A stretch of 64,000 nucleotides of DNA from Pseudomonadota bacterium (lineage in GTDB: Bacteria > Bdellovibrionota_B > Oligoflexia > Oligoflexales > CAIYRB01): positions 41,826-105,825 of the forward strand of contig JANOTL010000153.1 in NCBI GenBank assembly GCA_031416315.1, in the 5' to 3' direction. The translations under genes were made by a program, and so were the position numbers. The notes under the pieces were generated by a model. It had not been told where the DNA came from and ran no database searches. It saw only the letters and a program-made list of their open reading frames with translations. Positions 36,522 through 47,178 of the stretch are shown here, in pieces. The stretch's first letter is position 1; the number at the start of each line of letters is the position of its first letter.

Positions 36522-39254
36522 TCATTGAGACGAGGCGCGATCGCTGGCTAATCCCGGTATGACCTGAAGCAGCCCTTCGACCGTCGCGCGAAACGTCGCC
36601 TCGAGGTCGCCGAGCCTTTCGTCGGCGGAGTCGCGTGGCGCCGTCTCCATCTCGCGGCAGCGCTGAGCCAAACGGCTGGCACCGACGTTGGCGCAGGTTC
36701 CCTTGAGCGAGTGCGCCTGGGCGCGGAAGGCCTGGAAGTTGCCCTCCGACGCGGATTGCCGCAGGTCTCGCAACAGGTCGGCGGAGGTTGCGAAAAAGTC
36801 GTCGTATATCTCGAGGAGCAGCGCATCGTCGCCGGACTCACGCCCGACCGACACGAGGGTCTCGATGACTTCGGCATCGAGCAACGCAGAAGGCGCGATG
36901 GTCTGCATTCCTCTCTGGGCGACGGCCCCGGGCGCGAACGCGTCGGGCAGCAGCCGGGCGAGCTCGGCCTGGAGCGTGTCGAGGCGAATCGGCTTGGTCA
37001 GGAAGCCATCCATCCCGGCGGCAAGGCAAAGCTCGCGGTCGACAGCTTGTGCGTTGGCGGTCAGCGCGATAATCGGCGTCCGTCGCCCGTTGGCCTCGGC
37101 GGCGCGAATCAAGGTCGTCGCACGGACCCCGTCGAGGACGGGCATCCGAAAGTCCATCAAGATCGCTGCGAATTCGTTCGCGGCGGCGCAGTCGACGGCT
37201 TCTTTCCCGTTCGCGACACAGACGCTCGCGAACCCGAGGTGCCCGAGAAAGCGCACGGCGACCTTCTGGTTGACCACCATGTCTTCGGCGATCAGCACCG
37301 TTCCGGAAAAATCGGGCCGACATCGCAAGACTTGCGCCGGCGCCTCACGCCGCGGCGCCGACATCGGAAGAACGACGGCCGTGTCGCTCGTCGCCCCGTC
37401 GACGATCCGGACGACCAAGGCGGCGACGCTCGCCAGCTGAAGTGGTGCGCCGACGACCCAAAGGAGCGGGGAGGCCGCGACTTGTACGGCCGGGTCGTCG
37501 AGGAAGCAGAGTTGGACGACCGGTCGCCCTTGCGCCAATTGCGCCTCGCGCGCCGCGAAAAGCGCCGCGTCGCTCGCGTCCGTCGTGCACAGGTCGACGA
37601 TCAGCACGTCTGGCGCCTCATTCGGGACCAGCCCCGCGCGGAGGTCGATTCCGCGCTGCGCCAATTCCTCGCGCAAAAAGCGGTGGCGATGGGACGATGG
37701 GCTCAGAAGGCGCGCCGTCACGTTCCGCATCTTCGGGGTTTCGAGCGCGCTCCCCACGACGGAGGAGCTAAAGGGAAGATCGAAACGAAAGACGGAGCCC
37801 TTGCCCTCGACGCTGGTGACGCTGAGCTCGCCCTTCATGAGGTTGACGAGCCGCTTGGAGATGGAGAGTCCCAGGCCAGTGCCGCCGGTCGACGTGTCGG
37901 CGTGGGCCTGCGTGAACGGCAGAAAGAGCTCCGCGAGACCGGCGCGCGGAATGCCGATGCCCGTGTCCCGCACCTCGAACCCGAGGATGCAGAAGTTCTC
38001 GGTCGCGCTCGCGCTCGCCGTGACGTGCAGCGAGATGTCGCCGGCGAACGTGAATTTAACGGCGTTCCCCACGAGGTTCAGCAGCACCTGGCGCAGGCGG
38101 ACCTGGTCGCCGCAGACGGTCGCCGGCACACCGTGACCGATCGTGCTCGTGAGGCATACGCGTTTAGCGTTCGCGGCCAGCGCGTGGATCACCAAAACCT
38201 CGCGCAGGAGATCGTCGATCTCGAACGCCTTGGTGTCGAAGACGAGCTTGCCCGCCTCGATCTTCGACATGTCGAGGATGTCGTTGATCAGAATAAGGAG
38301 ATGGTCGCCCGACGTCTGGACCGTCTCGAGCTGTTCGCGCTGCTCCGCATCGAGGTTCGTCATACTGAGCAGCTGAACCATGCCGAGGATACCGTTTAGG
38401 GGCGTCCGAATCTCATGGCTCATGTTGGCGAGAAACTCGGATTTCAACTGCGAGGCGCGAACCGCGGCTTCTTCCGCCGCTTTGAGCGTCAAGGCCTGCT
38501 TCTTATAGTGCGACACGTCCCGGATCGATGCGAGGAATGCGACGCGATTCTCCCACTCGATGCGCGTCATCGCCATCTCGGCCGTGACCGATCCACGGGC
38601 GCGGGACTCGATCGTCAGCTCGATGGGCCGCTCGGAGCCCAGCGGATAGCCGAAATAAGAGCCTAGGAGCTCGCCTTCGCGCCGGTCGAAAAGCTCGACT
38701 GCGGCCGGGTTGGCAAAGCAGACCAATCCTGCTTGGTCGACGATCAGGATGCCGTCCTGAGTGCGGCCGATCAGATTGCGGAGGTAGCCGACCTGCTCGA
38801 CGAGCTTGCGCTGCAGCGCGGTGTTCTTCGTCCGCAATGACGAGACGACGCGCTGGCGAGCACAGGCATCGGCGATGGCGGAGTCCAGAAAGCCGAGTCC
38901 CAGCTGCTCGGGAACCAACACACCTTGAAGGCCGTTCTCGAAACATGCCTCGAGATCTGGCGGCCTCATCGACCCCACGTACAACAAAATCGCCACCGAC
39001 GGCTGGCGCAACTGAACGGCCGCGATGCGCTCAAGCTCGCCACCGGGCTGCGCGACCGCATCGATCAGCGCGAGGTCGTAGCAGCGCGTCGCCAATCGCT
39101 CGAGTCCGAGCTCGAGACTCCGCGAAACGTCCAGCTCCCAGTTAGGACGCTCGGCGAGAAGTGCTTGGAGCGCGCCAATCAGCTCGACATGGCCTGATGG
39201 ATTGTCACTAGTGATAACCAAAAGACGACAGACCGCTTGGCGAGCGTGATGCAC
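36522..39254 (-). CDS. hybrid sensor histidine kinase: degenerate REC-PAS-HisKA-HATPase-degenerate REC-REC-Hpt; start uncertain
   Basis: FANPAA (PAS), FLANMSHEIRTPLN, NLVGNAVKFT, DTGIG, GTGLGL, ILMDFRMP, AHSLKG (Hpt). Confidence 0.92.
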   Translation of the reverse strand: MHHARQAVCRLLVITSDNPSGHVELIGALQALLAERPNWELDVSRSLELGLERLATRCYDLALIDAVAQPGGELERIAAVQLRQPSVAILLYVGSMRPPDLEACFENGLQGVLVPEQLGLGFLDSAIADACARQRVVSSLRTKNTALQRKLVEQVGYLRNLIGRTQDGILIVDQAGLVCFANPAAVELFDRREGELLGSYFGYPLGSERPIELTIESRARGSVTAEMAMTRIEWENRVAFLASIRDVSHYKKQALTLKAAEEAAVRASQLKSEFLANMSHEIRTPLNGILGMVQLLSMTNLDAEQREQLETVQTSGDHLLILINDILDMSKIEAGKLVFDTKAFEIDDLLREVLVIHALAANAKRVCLTSTIGHGVPATVCGDQVRLRQVLLNLVGNAVKFTFAGDISLHVTASASATENFCILGFEVRDTGIGIPRAGLAELFLPFTQAHADTSTGGTGLGLSISKRLVNLMKGELSVTSVEGKGSVFRFDLPFSSSVVGSALETPKMRNVTARLLSPSSHRHRFLREELAQRGIDLRAGLVPNEAPDVLIVDLCTTDASDAALFAAREAQLAQGRPVVQLCFLDDPAVQVAASPLLWVVGAPLQLASVAALVVRIVDGATSDTAVVLPMSAPRREAPAQVLRCRPDFSGTVLIAEDMVVNQKVAVRFLGHLGFASVCVANGKEAVDCAAANEFAAILMDFRMPVLDGVRATTLIRAAEANGRRTPIIALTANAQAVDRELCLAAGMDGFLTKPIRLDTLQAELARLLPDAFAPGAVAQRGMQTIAPSALLDAEVIETLVSVGRESGDDALLLEIYDDFFATSADLLRDLRQSASEGNFQAFRAQAHSLKGTCANVGASRLAQRCREMETAPRDSADERLGDLEATFRATVEGLLQVIPGLASDRASSQ

Positions 39255-39403
39255 GGTCGTGGTTCCTCTGGCCGTTGGCGGAGTTTGCAACAACATTACC
39301 ACGGGGGCCGCCTGCTGGACTAGTAGTGGAACCCCTATCCCCCTAGACTCAACGGATACCGATCGCAAAAATTCCGAATCGTTCGCGGCTTAGGAGATTC
39401 GCA

Positions 39404-39709
39404 GTGAATGACAATCCCTACGTGCTCCGCCTGTACGTCGCAGGAAAAAGCCACATCTCGCAGAATGCGATCGCGTCCTTGCAGCGCATTTGCGCCGACG
39501 ACCTCTCCGACGACTACGTCATCGAGGTCATCGACGTACTCGAAAGGCCGCAGCTGGCCGAAGACGAGCAGATCGTCGCGACGCCGACGCTGATCAAGCG
39601 TCTTCCTCCCCCCTTGCGCCGCATCATCGGCGATTTGAGCGATCGAGAGCAGGTGCTCATCGGTCTCGACTTGAAGCGCTCGCAGCTACCCCCAACTCCC
39701 CCGTTGTGA
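39404..39709 (+). CDS. kaiB: circadian clock protein KaiB
   Basis: YVLRLYVAG, IDVLERPQLAE, ATPTLIKRLPPPLRRIIGDLS; AGGAG SD. Confidence 0.95.
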   Translation: MNDNPYVLRLYVAGKSHISQNAIASLQRICADDLSDDYVIEVIDVLERPQLAEDEQIVATPTLIKRLPPPLRRIIGDLSDREQVLIGLDLKRSQLPPTPPL

Positions 39710-39735
39710 CAAACGGTGGCAACACGGAGACGGCC

Positions 39736-41271
39736 ATGGACGAAGAAAGCATCTCAGGTCCGCTTCCGGGCGACCCTGTCGAAAAAGTGCCGACCGGCAT
39801 TGGCGGCCTCGACCTAATCACTTACGGCGGCATCCCGAAAGGGCGCACGACGCTCGTATGCGGCTCCGCCGGCAGCGCAAAGACGGTGCTTACCGCGCAG
39901 TTTCTGGCCGAAGGCATCCGTAAGTGCGGCGACCCGGGCGTCTTCGTCACCTTCGAAGAAAGCCCCGCCGACATCCGCAAGAACCTCGCGGCCCTCGGCT
40001 TCGACATCGCCAAGTGGGAGGCCGAAGGCAAGTGGCTCTTCGTGGACGCTTCACGGCGTCCGGATGACCAGCCCGTTAAAGTCGGCATCTTCGACCTCAG
40101 CGCGCTTTTGGCGCGCATCGAGCACGCCATCAATCGAGTCGGCGCCACGCGAATCGGCCTCGACTCCTTGGGCGCCGTCTTCAGTCAGATCGACGACGAC
40201 CGCCTCGTCCGTTCCGAGCTCTTTCGCATCGGCTGGGCGTTGAAGAAGCTGGCCGTCACCTCCCTCATGACGGCCGAGCGCACCGAAGAGTACGGCCCGA
40301 TCTCCCGCTTCGGCGTCGAGGAGTTCGTCACCGACAACGTCATCATCCTCCGGAACAGCCTCGACCACGAGAAGCGCCGCCGCACGATCGAAATCCTGAA
40401 GTTGCGCGGGACGAACCACCAGAAGGGCGAATTCCCGTTCACCATCCTGAGCGGCGAAGGGATCGTCATCATCCCGCTGTCGGCGATCGAGCTGAAGCAG
40501 CGCTCGACGGAAGAGCGGGTCACCTCGGGCAATGCCGAGCTCGATCGCATGTGCGGCGGCGGCTTCTTCCGCGACTCGATCATCCTGATCTCCGGCGCGA
40601 CCGGCACGGGCAAGACGCTCGCCGTGTCTGAATTCCTCGCCGGCGGCGCCAAGGCGGGTCAGCGCAGCCTGATCTTCGCGTTCGAAGAGAGTCGCGACCA
40701 GCTGTTTCGGAACGCGGCCGGCTGGGGCGTCAACTTCGAGTCACTCGAAGCTCAAGGTTACCTCAAGGTGGTTTGCGAGTATCCGGAAAGCGCCAGCTTG
40801 GAAGATCATCTGGTTCGCATCCGCTCGACGATCCAGAAGTACAAGCCGACGCGCGTCGCGCTGGACAGTCTCTCGGCGCTAGAGCGTTGCGCGTCCTCGC
40901 GCAGCTTCCGAGAGTTCGTGATCTCCTTGACCGCGTACATCAAGCACGAGGAAATCACGGGCCTCTTTACGGCGACAACGTCCGACCTACTGGGCGGCTC
41001 GAGCATCACCGAAGCGCACATTTCGACGATCACCGATTCGATCATCCTCTTGCGCTACGCCGAAGTTCAAGGGCAGATGCGCCGTGGTCTCACGGTCTTG
41101 AAGATGCGCGGCTCGATGCACGACAAGGACATTCGGGAGTATACGATCGACGCCACCGGGCTCCACATCGGCAGACCATTCCGGGACGTCTCCGGAATTC
41201 TGTCTGGCAAGTCGCATCGGACGCCGACCGATGTCGAGCGTTTGAGCGCGATGTTCAAGGATGAGACCTGA
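39736..41271 (+). CDS. kaiC: double-domain circadian clock ATPase/kinase KaiC
   Basis: Two P-loops (GSAGSAKT, GATGTGKT), two FEE motifs, KLRG/KMRG, HISTITD phosphosite motif. Confidence 0.95.
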   Translation: MDEESISGPLPGDPVEKVPTGIGGLDLITYGGIPKGRTTLVCGSAGSAKTVLTAQFLAEGIRKCGDPGVFVTFEESPADIRKNLAALGFDIAKWEAEGKWLFVDASRRPDDQPVKVGIFDLSALLARIEHAINRVGATRIGLDSLGAVFSQIDDDRLVRSELFRIGWALKKLAVTSLMTAERTEEYGPISRFGVEEFVTDNVIILRNSLDHEKRRRTIEILKLRGTNHQKGEFPFTILSGEGIVIIPLSAIELKQRSTEERVTSGNAELDRMCGGGFFRDSIILISGATGTGKTLAVSEFLAGGAKAGQRSLIFAFEESRDQLFRNAAGWGVNFESLEAQGYLKVVCEYPESASLEDHLVRIRSTIQKYKPTRVALDSLSALERCASSRSFREFVISLTAYIKHEEITGLFTATTSDLLGGSSITEAHISTITDSIILLRYAEVQGQMRRGLTVLKMRGSMHDKDIREYTIDATGLHIGRPFRDVSGILSGKSHRTPTDVERLSAMFKDET

Positions 41272-41306
41272 CCGCGGGGCACTCGAGCTTCTGACAGGAG
41301 TTTGTC

Positions 41307-41751
41307 GTGCCGGTCCGTAAATTCGTCACGCAATTCTTTGCGGTCGGGATCCTCGGTTTGACCGGGGCTTGCGTCACGAGCGATCGCGCCATTACGAAGA
41401 CACAGGCGGATCTGTCGCTGGACGGCCTATAATAACGGCAAAGTTGCCGAAGACGTTCGATTCGCGCGCGCCGATCAGCTCTACCTGGATGCCGCCAAGA
41501 AGTTAGACGAGATCAAGAAGGCAATGGCGCGAGATTCGAGCTTCGTGCACCGCAGGACCGACATCAAGCGCTCCGGCTCCAAGAAACGACTTGTCGTCGA
41601 CACGTTCTCCATGCGCAAGGAAAACGGCGACGAGTCACGTCTGATCCTTGCCTGGCACGAAGTCTACGATGCGCTCGAGACACCCGAACCTTGGGTTCGT
41701 CGTCAGATCTTCCAGAAATACACGCCGAAGAGTGGCCGTGTGACGCGATAG
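41307..41751 (+). pseudogene. frameshifted hypothetical lipoprotein
   Basis: AGGAG SD, GTG start and TGAC lipobox; the frame stops at 41432 while a +1 frame continues to 41751. Confidence 0.55.
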
Positions 41752-41838
41752 CTGGTTTTGCGACGACGCGAAGGCGGCAGCGAGTCAGCTTGGGAAATGG
41801 CATTGGAAAATGGCGGACTCTTTTCCTGGCGGAACAGA

Positions 41839-41927
<89 letters not shown>

Positions 41928-42029
41928 AAGCACCCGAATCTAGCCTAGAACTCGGCCCCGCGCTGCAACCATGACAGGCCGTGCCAAAGTGCGTAGCCTG
42001 AGTATAGTCAATTCGTCGGAGACAACCAA

Positions 42030-43178
42030 ATGCTGCCCCCGCCGAGGCGCCTGGTCGTGCGCTCGGAATTTCAGCACATTCTGAGCCTCGCGATGGTCGC
42101 GATCTTGCTCGTCGTGCACGCTCGCGGCGCCTTCGCCGACACCTCGTTCGACACGCTGGACTTTCCGAACGCCGACGCGAGCAGCCGCTCCCCCCGCCGC
42201 CCCGATCGCGACGACCGCGTCCATACCGTCGACCTTCAGTTTTTCGGCGACTTCTACGTCCCGCGTAGCGTCCTCGAAGACGACCCGCCCCCGGCCTTCT
42301 TCGCCGGCCTCACCGAGCAACTCGCGACTTCGCGTCACAACATCGTAAATTTCGAGGGCGCCGCCACCGACGCCGCCTTCCCGCTGATCCGCAAGGAATA
42401 CCTTCTCCGCATGCCGAAAGCCGTCGCCAAGCTTCTGGCCGACGCCAAGATCGGTATCGCCACCCTTGCCAACAATCACGCCCTGGACTACGGCCAAGCC
42501 GGCCTAGAGGACAGCCTTCGCGTCTTGCGCCAAGCGGGGATCGCCACCGTCGGCGCCGGCATGCATGCCGCCGAGGCCGAGCGCCCTCTGATCTTCCAGA
42601 GCGGCGACCGCACCGTCTGCCTCGCCGCCTTCTCGCGCACGCTCCCCGACGTTTTCTGGGCCACTTTAAACCGAGCGGGTTCTGCCTTCGGCAGTCACGA
42701 GGCGATCGCCCTCGCCGCCCGCACCTGTCGCGCCCAAGGCCATTTCACGGTCATCACCTTCCACTGGGGCCGCGAGAGCATGGACACGCCGATCGGCTAC
42801 CAACGTGCCCTCGCGCGTTTCGCGATCGACAACGGCGCCGACACCGTCATCGGCCACCACCCCCACGTCATCCAGGAGATCGAGGTCTACAAGGGCCACC
42901 CGATCTTCTATTCGCTCGGCAACTTCGTGTTCGGATCGCGACCCGAAGGCACGACGCCGTCCGGCCTTCTCGTCCGCATCGCCCTACCGCCGCCGCCCGC
43001 GCGGCCCCGATGGGAGCTACAGGCCCTAGATGTCAACAATCACCGCGTGCGCTTCGCGCCGCAGGCCAACACGACGCGCAGTTTTTTCCATCCTTCCCTG
43101 ATGGACCTCGTCGCGCAGCGCAGATGTACCTTCGCTCGCGACCAGGCGCGCTGGATCTGCCGCTTCGAGGGCGGGTAA
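42030..43178 (+). CDS. CapA family metallophosphatase (PGA_cap); start uncertain
   Basis: GD, NFEG, LANNHALDYG, HWG, GHHPH, YSLGNFVF. Confidence 0.9.
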   Translation: MLPPPRRLVVRSEFQHILSLAMVAILLVVHARGAFADTSFDTLDFPNADASSRSPRRPDRDDRVHTVDLQFFGDFYVPRSVLEDDPPPAFFAGLTEQLATSRHNIVNFEGAATDAAFPLIRKEYLLRMPKAVAKLLADAKIGIATLANNHALDYGQAGLEDSLRVLRQAGIATVGAGMHAAEAERPLIFQSGDRTVCLAAFSRTLPDVFWATLNRAGSAFGSHEAIALAARTCRAQGHFTVITFHWGRESMDTPIGYQRALARFAIDNGADTVIGHHPHVIQEIEVYKGHPIFYSLGNFVFGSRPEGTTPSGLLVRIALPPPPARPRWELQALDVNNHRVRFAPQANTTRSFFHPSLMDLVAQRRCTFARDQARWICRFEGG

Positions 43179-43210
43179 ATCCCCACGCTCCGAAGCGCTA
43201 CAACTTTTCT

Positions 43211-44104
43211 TTAGGCCGCGTAGCCCTTCAAGCGCGCGATCCGATCTTCCAAAGGCGGGTGCGTCAGGAAGAAATGTGCCAAGCTCCGCTTCCCGTTGAT
43301 CTTCAGCGCCGCGTAAGCGGGCTGCGCCGTGTCGACCATCTCGCTCGAGCGCTGGAGCGACTGCAATGCCCCGATCATCTTGTCGCGACCGGCGAACTGA
43401 GCGCCGCCCTTGTCCGCGCGGTATTCCCGCAAGCGCGAGAAGTACGCGACCACGATCGAGCCCAAGATGGTGAACGCGATGTCGCAAACGAAGGTCACGA
43501 CCATTTGCACCATGTAGGACGGCCCGCGCTCGTCGTCGCTGCGCATGGCGTTGGCCACGATGTACCCGATGATCCGCGCGAAGAACATCGCGAAGGCGTT
43601 CACGACGCCCTGGATCAAGGTCATCGTCACCATGTCGCCGTTGGCGACGTGCGCGATCTCGTGGCCGAGCACGCCTTCTAACTCAGCACGGTTCATGCGG
43701 CTCAACAGGCCGGTCGAAACGGCCACGAGCGCCCGAGATTTGGACGGCCCCGTGGCGAACGCGTTGACCTCGGCACTCTCGTAGATGCCGACTTGCGGCA
43801 TTGCTGGCAGCTGCGCAGCTTGCGCCAAGCGGTGCACCATCGACACGAGCTCGCGCTCGGCCCCTCCGGCGGATTGCGGATCGATGACCTGAACTCGCAT
43901 CATCCATTTGGCCATCACGCGCGATAGCGCGAGCGAGATGAAGGCACCGCCCATGCCCCAGATCGCGCAATAGATCATCAACGACTGATAGTCGATTCCG
44001 TACTGGGTCATCCAGCCGCGAACGCCGAGCAACGACGTCACGAGGGAAATCGTCAGCATCACGAGGACGTTCGTGACGAGGAACAGAAAGATGCGTTTGA
44101 TCAT
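43211..44104 (-). CDS. htpX: membrane zinc protease HtpX
   Basis: NAFATG, HEIAHVANGDMVTM, SRLREYRAD, THPPL. Confidence 0.96.
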   Translation of the reverse strand: MIKRIFLFLVTNVLVMLTISLVTSLLGVRGWMTQYGIDYQSLMIYCAIWGMGGAFISLALSRVMAKWMMRVQVIDPQSAGGAERELVSMVHRLAQAAQLPAMPQVGIYESAEVNAFATGPSKSRALVAVSTGLLSRMNRAELEGVLGHEIAHVANGDMVTMTLIQGVVNAFAMFFARIIGYIVANAMRSDDERGPSYMVQMVVTFVCDIAFTILGSIVVAYFSRLREYRADKGGAQFAGRDKMIGALQSLQRSSEMVDTAQPAYAALKINGKRSLAHFFLTHPPLEDRIARLKGYAA

Positions 44105-44191
44105 TGAAACGTCGGTCTCCAACCCGGCACAATGCCGTCCATTAGAGGATAGCAGCGCTAGATGAGACCGACGTAAAGCGAAATATATTAA

Positions 44192-44854
44192 TTATTTTAG
44201 CGTTTTATCGCTGCGGACGACGCCCTTGGCGACCGCCTGGCCCGGCGGTAGAACCGGCGGCGGCTGGTTCATCAAAAGCGCCATGTTCTGAACGAGCCGC
44301 GCCGGCTCGTTGGCCCCGTCCTCGGCCGGTAGCCAAACGGCCCCGACCGCACCGGTCGCCTGCGACGCATCCCGCAACCGCTCGACCGTGTTCTTCACCG
44401 TCAGGTCGACGGTGTTCCACGAGTTGCGCGCGACCCGCAGCGAAACGCGGTTCCGATAGACCGCGTTGTCGAGGTAGTAGCTGTCCCACTCGGTCGTGAG
44501 GATGCCGGTCGAACGATCCGCGATCGTCAGAATGTAGTTCTTCAAGAGGACGTTGATCGCCGTGTCCCATACGTCCTGCTCGCGCAGGGCGAAGCGAAAC
44601 GTCTGCTTGTCGATCGCATAGATCGTCGCGCGCGCCGGCGCCGTCGACTGCGGCGAGCCGTTCGTCGGCGGCGGGGGACTCTTCCCCTTCGCGGCGAACA
44701 TCGACTCCTGCGTCTGCGGCGGCATGTTCGCGGCCGGCCCGCCTTCAGAGCCGCGCCCGTCGGCGCCGTCTTTCGAGCGGTACTTCTGCAACCGCGCCGG
44801 CAAGCAGCCCGCGGCGAACGACGACGCCAAGATGAGCATTACGAGGTGTTTCAT
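44192..44854 (-). CDS. lipoprotein, possibly BamC/NlpB-like
   Basis: AAGC lipobox; VWD.A..VL...I..ADR.TGILTTEW pattern. Confidence 0.6.
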   Translation of the reverse strand: MKHLVMLILASSFAAGCLPARLQKYRSKDGADGRGSEGGPAANMPPQTQESMFAAKGKSPPPPTNGSPQSTAPARATIYAIDKQTFRFALREQDVWDTAINVLLKNYILTIADRSTGILTTEWDSYYLDNAVYRNRVSLRVARNSWNTVDLTVKNTVERLRDASQATGAVGAVWLPAEDGANEPARLVQNMALLMNQPPPVLPPGQAVAKGVVRSDKTLK

Positions 44855-44996
44855 ACCTTCCAGTATACCACCTGCTCCGCCTCAGCGATCGAGCCAGAAG
44901 TAGTCGAAAGCGCGTCCCGTCGGTCTAAGGCGACCGGCGCCTGCGTCCACCGATTTGCGTGCTGCCTTGTGATGTGAGGCGAGTCGAACGCAAAAG

Positions 44997-45018
44997 AGGG
45001 CGGCCGTAAAGCCGCCCT
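44997..45018 (-). terminator. intrinsic terminator after mdh
   Basis: AGGGCGGC-loop-GCCGCCCT flanked by A/T tracts. Confidence 0.65.
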
Positions 45019-45042
45019 TTCCGCAAGTTCCGTCAGCGCGCG

Positions 45043-46032
45043 TTACTTGCCTAGCATGCCCTTGACGACGTCGCGCTCTTCCACGAGCTCTTTCACGGTG
45101 TCCGCGATCTTGCGGCGCGTGAAATCCGAGACCTTTAGGCCCTTGACGATCTCCCACTTCCCGGCGCCCAGCGAGCGGATGGGGAACGAGAAGATGAGTC
45201 CCGGGGGGATGTCGTACGCGTTGCCGTCGGAGGCCACGGCCATCGAGAACCAGTCGCCTTCGGGCGTCTTGGTGATCATGCGCTTGATCTGGTCGATGCA
45301 GGCACCGGCCGCCGAAGCCGCCGAGGATTTGCCGCGCGCCGCGATGATCGCCGCGCCGCGCTTCTGCACGGTGGTGAAGAAGTCGCCTTCGAGCCACGAG
45401 CGCTCGGTGATGACCTCGGTGACCGGCTTGCCGTTGATCTTCGCGTTCTCGAAGTCCGGCACCATCGTCGAGCTGTGGTTGCCCCAGATGGCAAAGTTCG
45501 TGATCGAGCCCGGGTTGACCTTCGCCTTCAGCGCGAGTTGATGGCGCGCGCGGTTCTCGTCGAGCATCGTCATCGCGGTGAAGCGCGTCGGCGGAATGTC
45601 GCGGCAGCTGTGCTGCGCGATCAGCGCGTTCGTGTTGCACGGGTTGCCGACGACGATCACGTTCAGATCGCTCGCCGCTTTCGCCAGCGCTTTGCCTTGG
45701 CCGATAAAGATCTGGCCGTTGTCTTTCAGTAAGTCGGAGCGCTCCATGCCCGGGCCGCGCGGCTTCGAGCCGACGAGGAGCGCCCAGTTGATGCCTTGGA
45801 ACCCTTTTTCCGGGTTGTCGGAGATCTCGATGCCGTCGAGCGTCGGGAACGCGCAGTCTTCGAGCTCCATCGCGGTGCCTTCGCAGCCTTTGATGGCGGC
45901 CGGCAGCTCGACCAAGTGGAGCCGCACTGGCTGGTCTTTGCCGAATACCTCACCGGAGGCGAGCCGGAAGAGCATGCTGTAACCGATCTGTCCTGCAGCG
46001 CCGGTGACGGCGACGCGAATGGGGGCCTTCAT
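45043..46032 (-). CDS. mdh: malate dehydrogenase
   Basis: [42 protein letters not shown]. Confidence 0.97.
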   Translation of the reverse strand: MKAPIRVAVTGAAGQIGYSMLFRLASGEVFGKDQPVRLHLVELPAAIKGCEGTAMELEDCAFPTLDGIEISDNPEKGFQGINWALLVGSKPRGPGMERSDLLKDNGQIFIGQGKALAKAASDLNVIVVGNPCNTNALIAQHSCRDIPPTRFTAMTMLDENRARHQLALKAKVNPGSITNFAIWGNHSSTMVPDFENAKINGKPVTEVITERSWLEGDFFTTVQKRGAAIIAARGKSSAASAAGACIDQIKRMITKTPEGDWFSMAVASDGNAYDIPPGLIFSFPIRSLGAGKWEIVKGLKVSDFTRRKIADTVKELVEERDVVKGMLGK

Positions 46033-46062
46033 CACGAACCTCCTCGAAGTGAGACGTGTAAC

Positions 46063-46806
46063 TTACTCTTTCTCAGGCGCCTTGACGATCTCGAGGCGCT
46101 TCGTTTTCTGCGCAGCCTTGCTGTCTGCTGCATTCGGCTTGTTGATGTTCCAAAAGTCTTCGCTCGGCCGATAGTCGGCGACGTCGGACCAATGGATCGG
46201 CTGCCCGTCCTTCATGAAATAAAGGACCTTCACCTTTTTTGTCGTCTCGAGCTCGTCCTTGCAAACTTTGCACGACAAGACTTCTTTCACCGCGCCGTCG
46301 ATTTTGACTTTGACCTGCGAGTACCGGTTTTGCACGACGGGCCGCGAGCAGAAATAGCAACCCGTCGTCGCGGCCGGCTTCGGCGCGCCGTGCAGATCCT
46401 CGAACTTCACCTGACGGCCGCGCACCGAGTCCTGAAACGCTTGTTGCGCGCGCCCGATCCGCTCGCGGCAGTCGCGCACGAGGAAGAAGGCCGAGTCGAG
46501 GCTCGCGACGTCGGCGCCGAACGGCGGGATCCGGCGCACCGCGGTGAGCAAGGTCTCGAGCACCTTCAGCGTGCCCTCGTAGTAGTCGAGGACCTTCGGG
46601 TCTTTGACCTGCCGGGCCGGCGGCTCCAAGGTGTTGGCCGCCCGAGTCAGCGAGTCGAGCTGCGCCACGCGCTGAACGAAGCGGCCACGGTAGCTCTTGG
46701 CTTCCCGGAGTTGCCGCTTCTGTTGCCACGAATGCAGGACGAGCACCCCGAGGCCCAAAAGCCCCGCGGTCACCAATGGCACCCACCACATACCTGAAGT
46801 CCTCAA
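46063..46806 (-). CDS. membrane-anchored hypothetical protein with a CxxC...CxxC Zn-finger
   Basis: N-terminal TM helix, CYFC and CKVC; host-like codon usage. Confidence 0.7.
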   Translation of the reverse strand: MRTSGMWWVPLVTAGLLGLGVLVLHSWQQKRQLREAKSYRGRFVQRVAQLDSLTRAANTLEPPARQVKDPKVLDYYEGTLKVLETLLTAVRRIPPFGADVASLDSAFFLVRDCRERIGRAQQAFQDSVRGRQVKFEDLHGAPKPAATTGCYFCSRPVVQNRYSQVKVKIDGAVKEVLSCKVCKDELETTKKVKVLYFMKDGQPIHWSDVADYRPSEDFWNINKPNAADSKAAQKTKRLEIVKAPEKE

Positions 46807-46902
46807 AGATACATGAGCTTACCGCAACATCCCGGAGATTGCTCTCAAGCCTCACGGACTTCCGGCCGACCCAGTATAACGAGGCCACTCGGGGAGGCGA
46901 CC

Positions 46903-47097
46903 ATGGGCATCACATACGAGAACCAACGCGTCGTCTTCGACGTCATCGCCCGCAAGTATAAGGACTATATAGCCCTTTACCGCCTGTTCAACGGCGGCTC
47001 GGTCGAAGGCATCACCTCGTTCGGCGACTTCTACTGGCGCATGGTCTACTTCTCGAAGTACCACGAGCGGAAGAACTACGGATCAAGCGGATACTAA
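46903..47097 (+). CDS. small hypothetical protein (64 aa)
   Basis: Strong GGGGAGG SD; host-like codon usage. Confidence 0.7.
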   Translation: MGITYENQRVVFDVIARKYKDYIALYRLFNGGSVEGITSFGDFYWRMVYFSKYHERKNYGSSGY

Positions 47098-47178
47098 GAG
47101 AAAATTCAAAGATTTTGCGTGCTTGATCCTCTCTCATCGCTGGTCTATATCTCCTAGGGTCATCCCAGGAGTCCGCGG

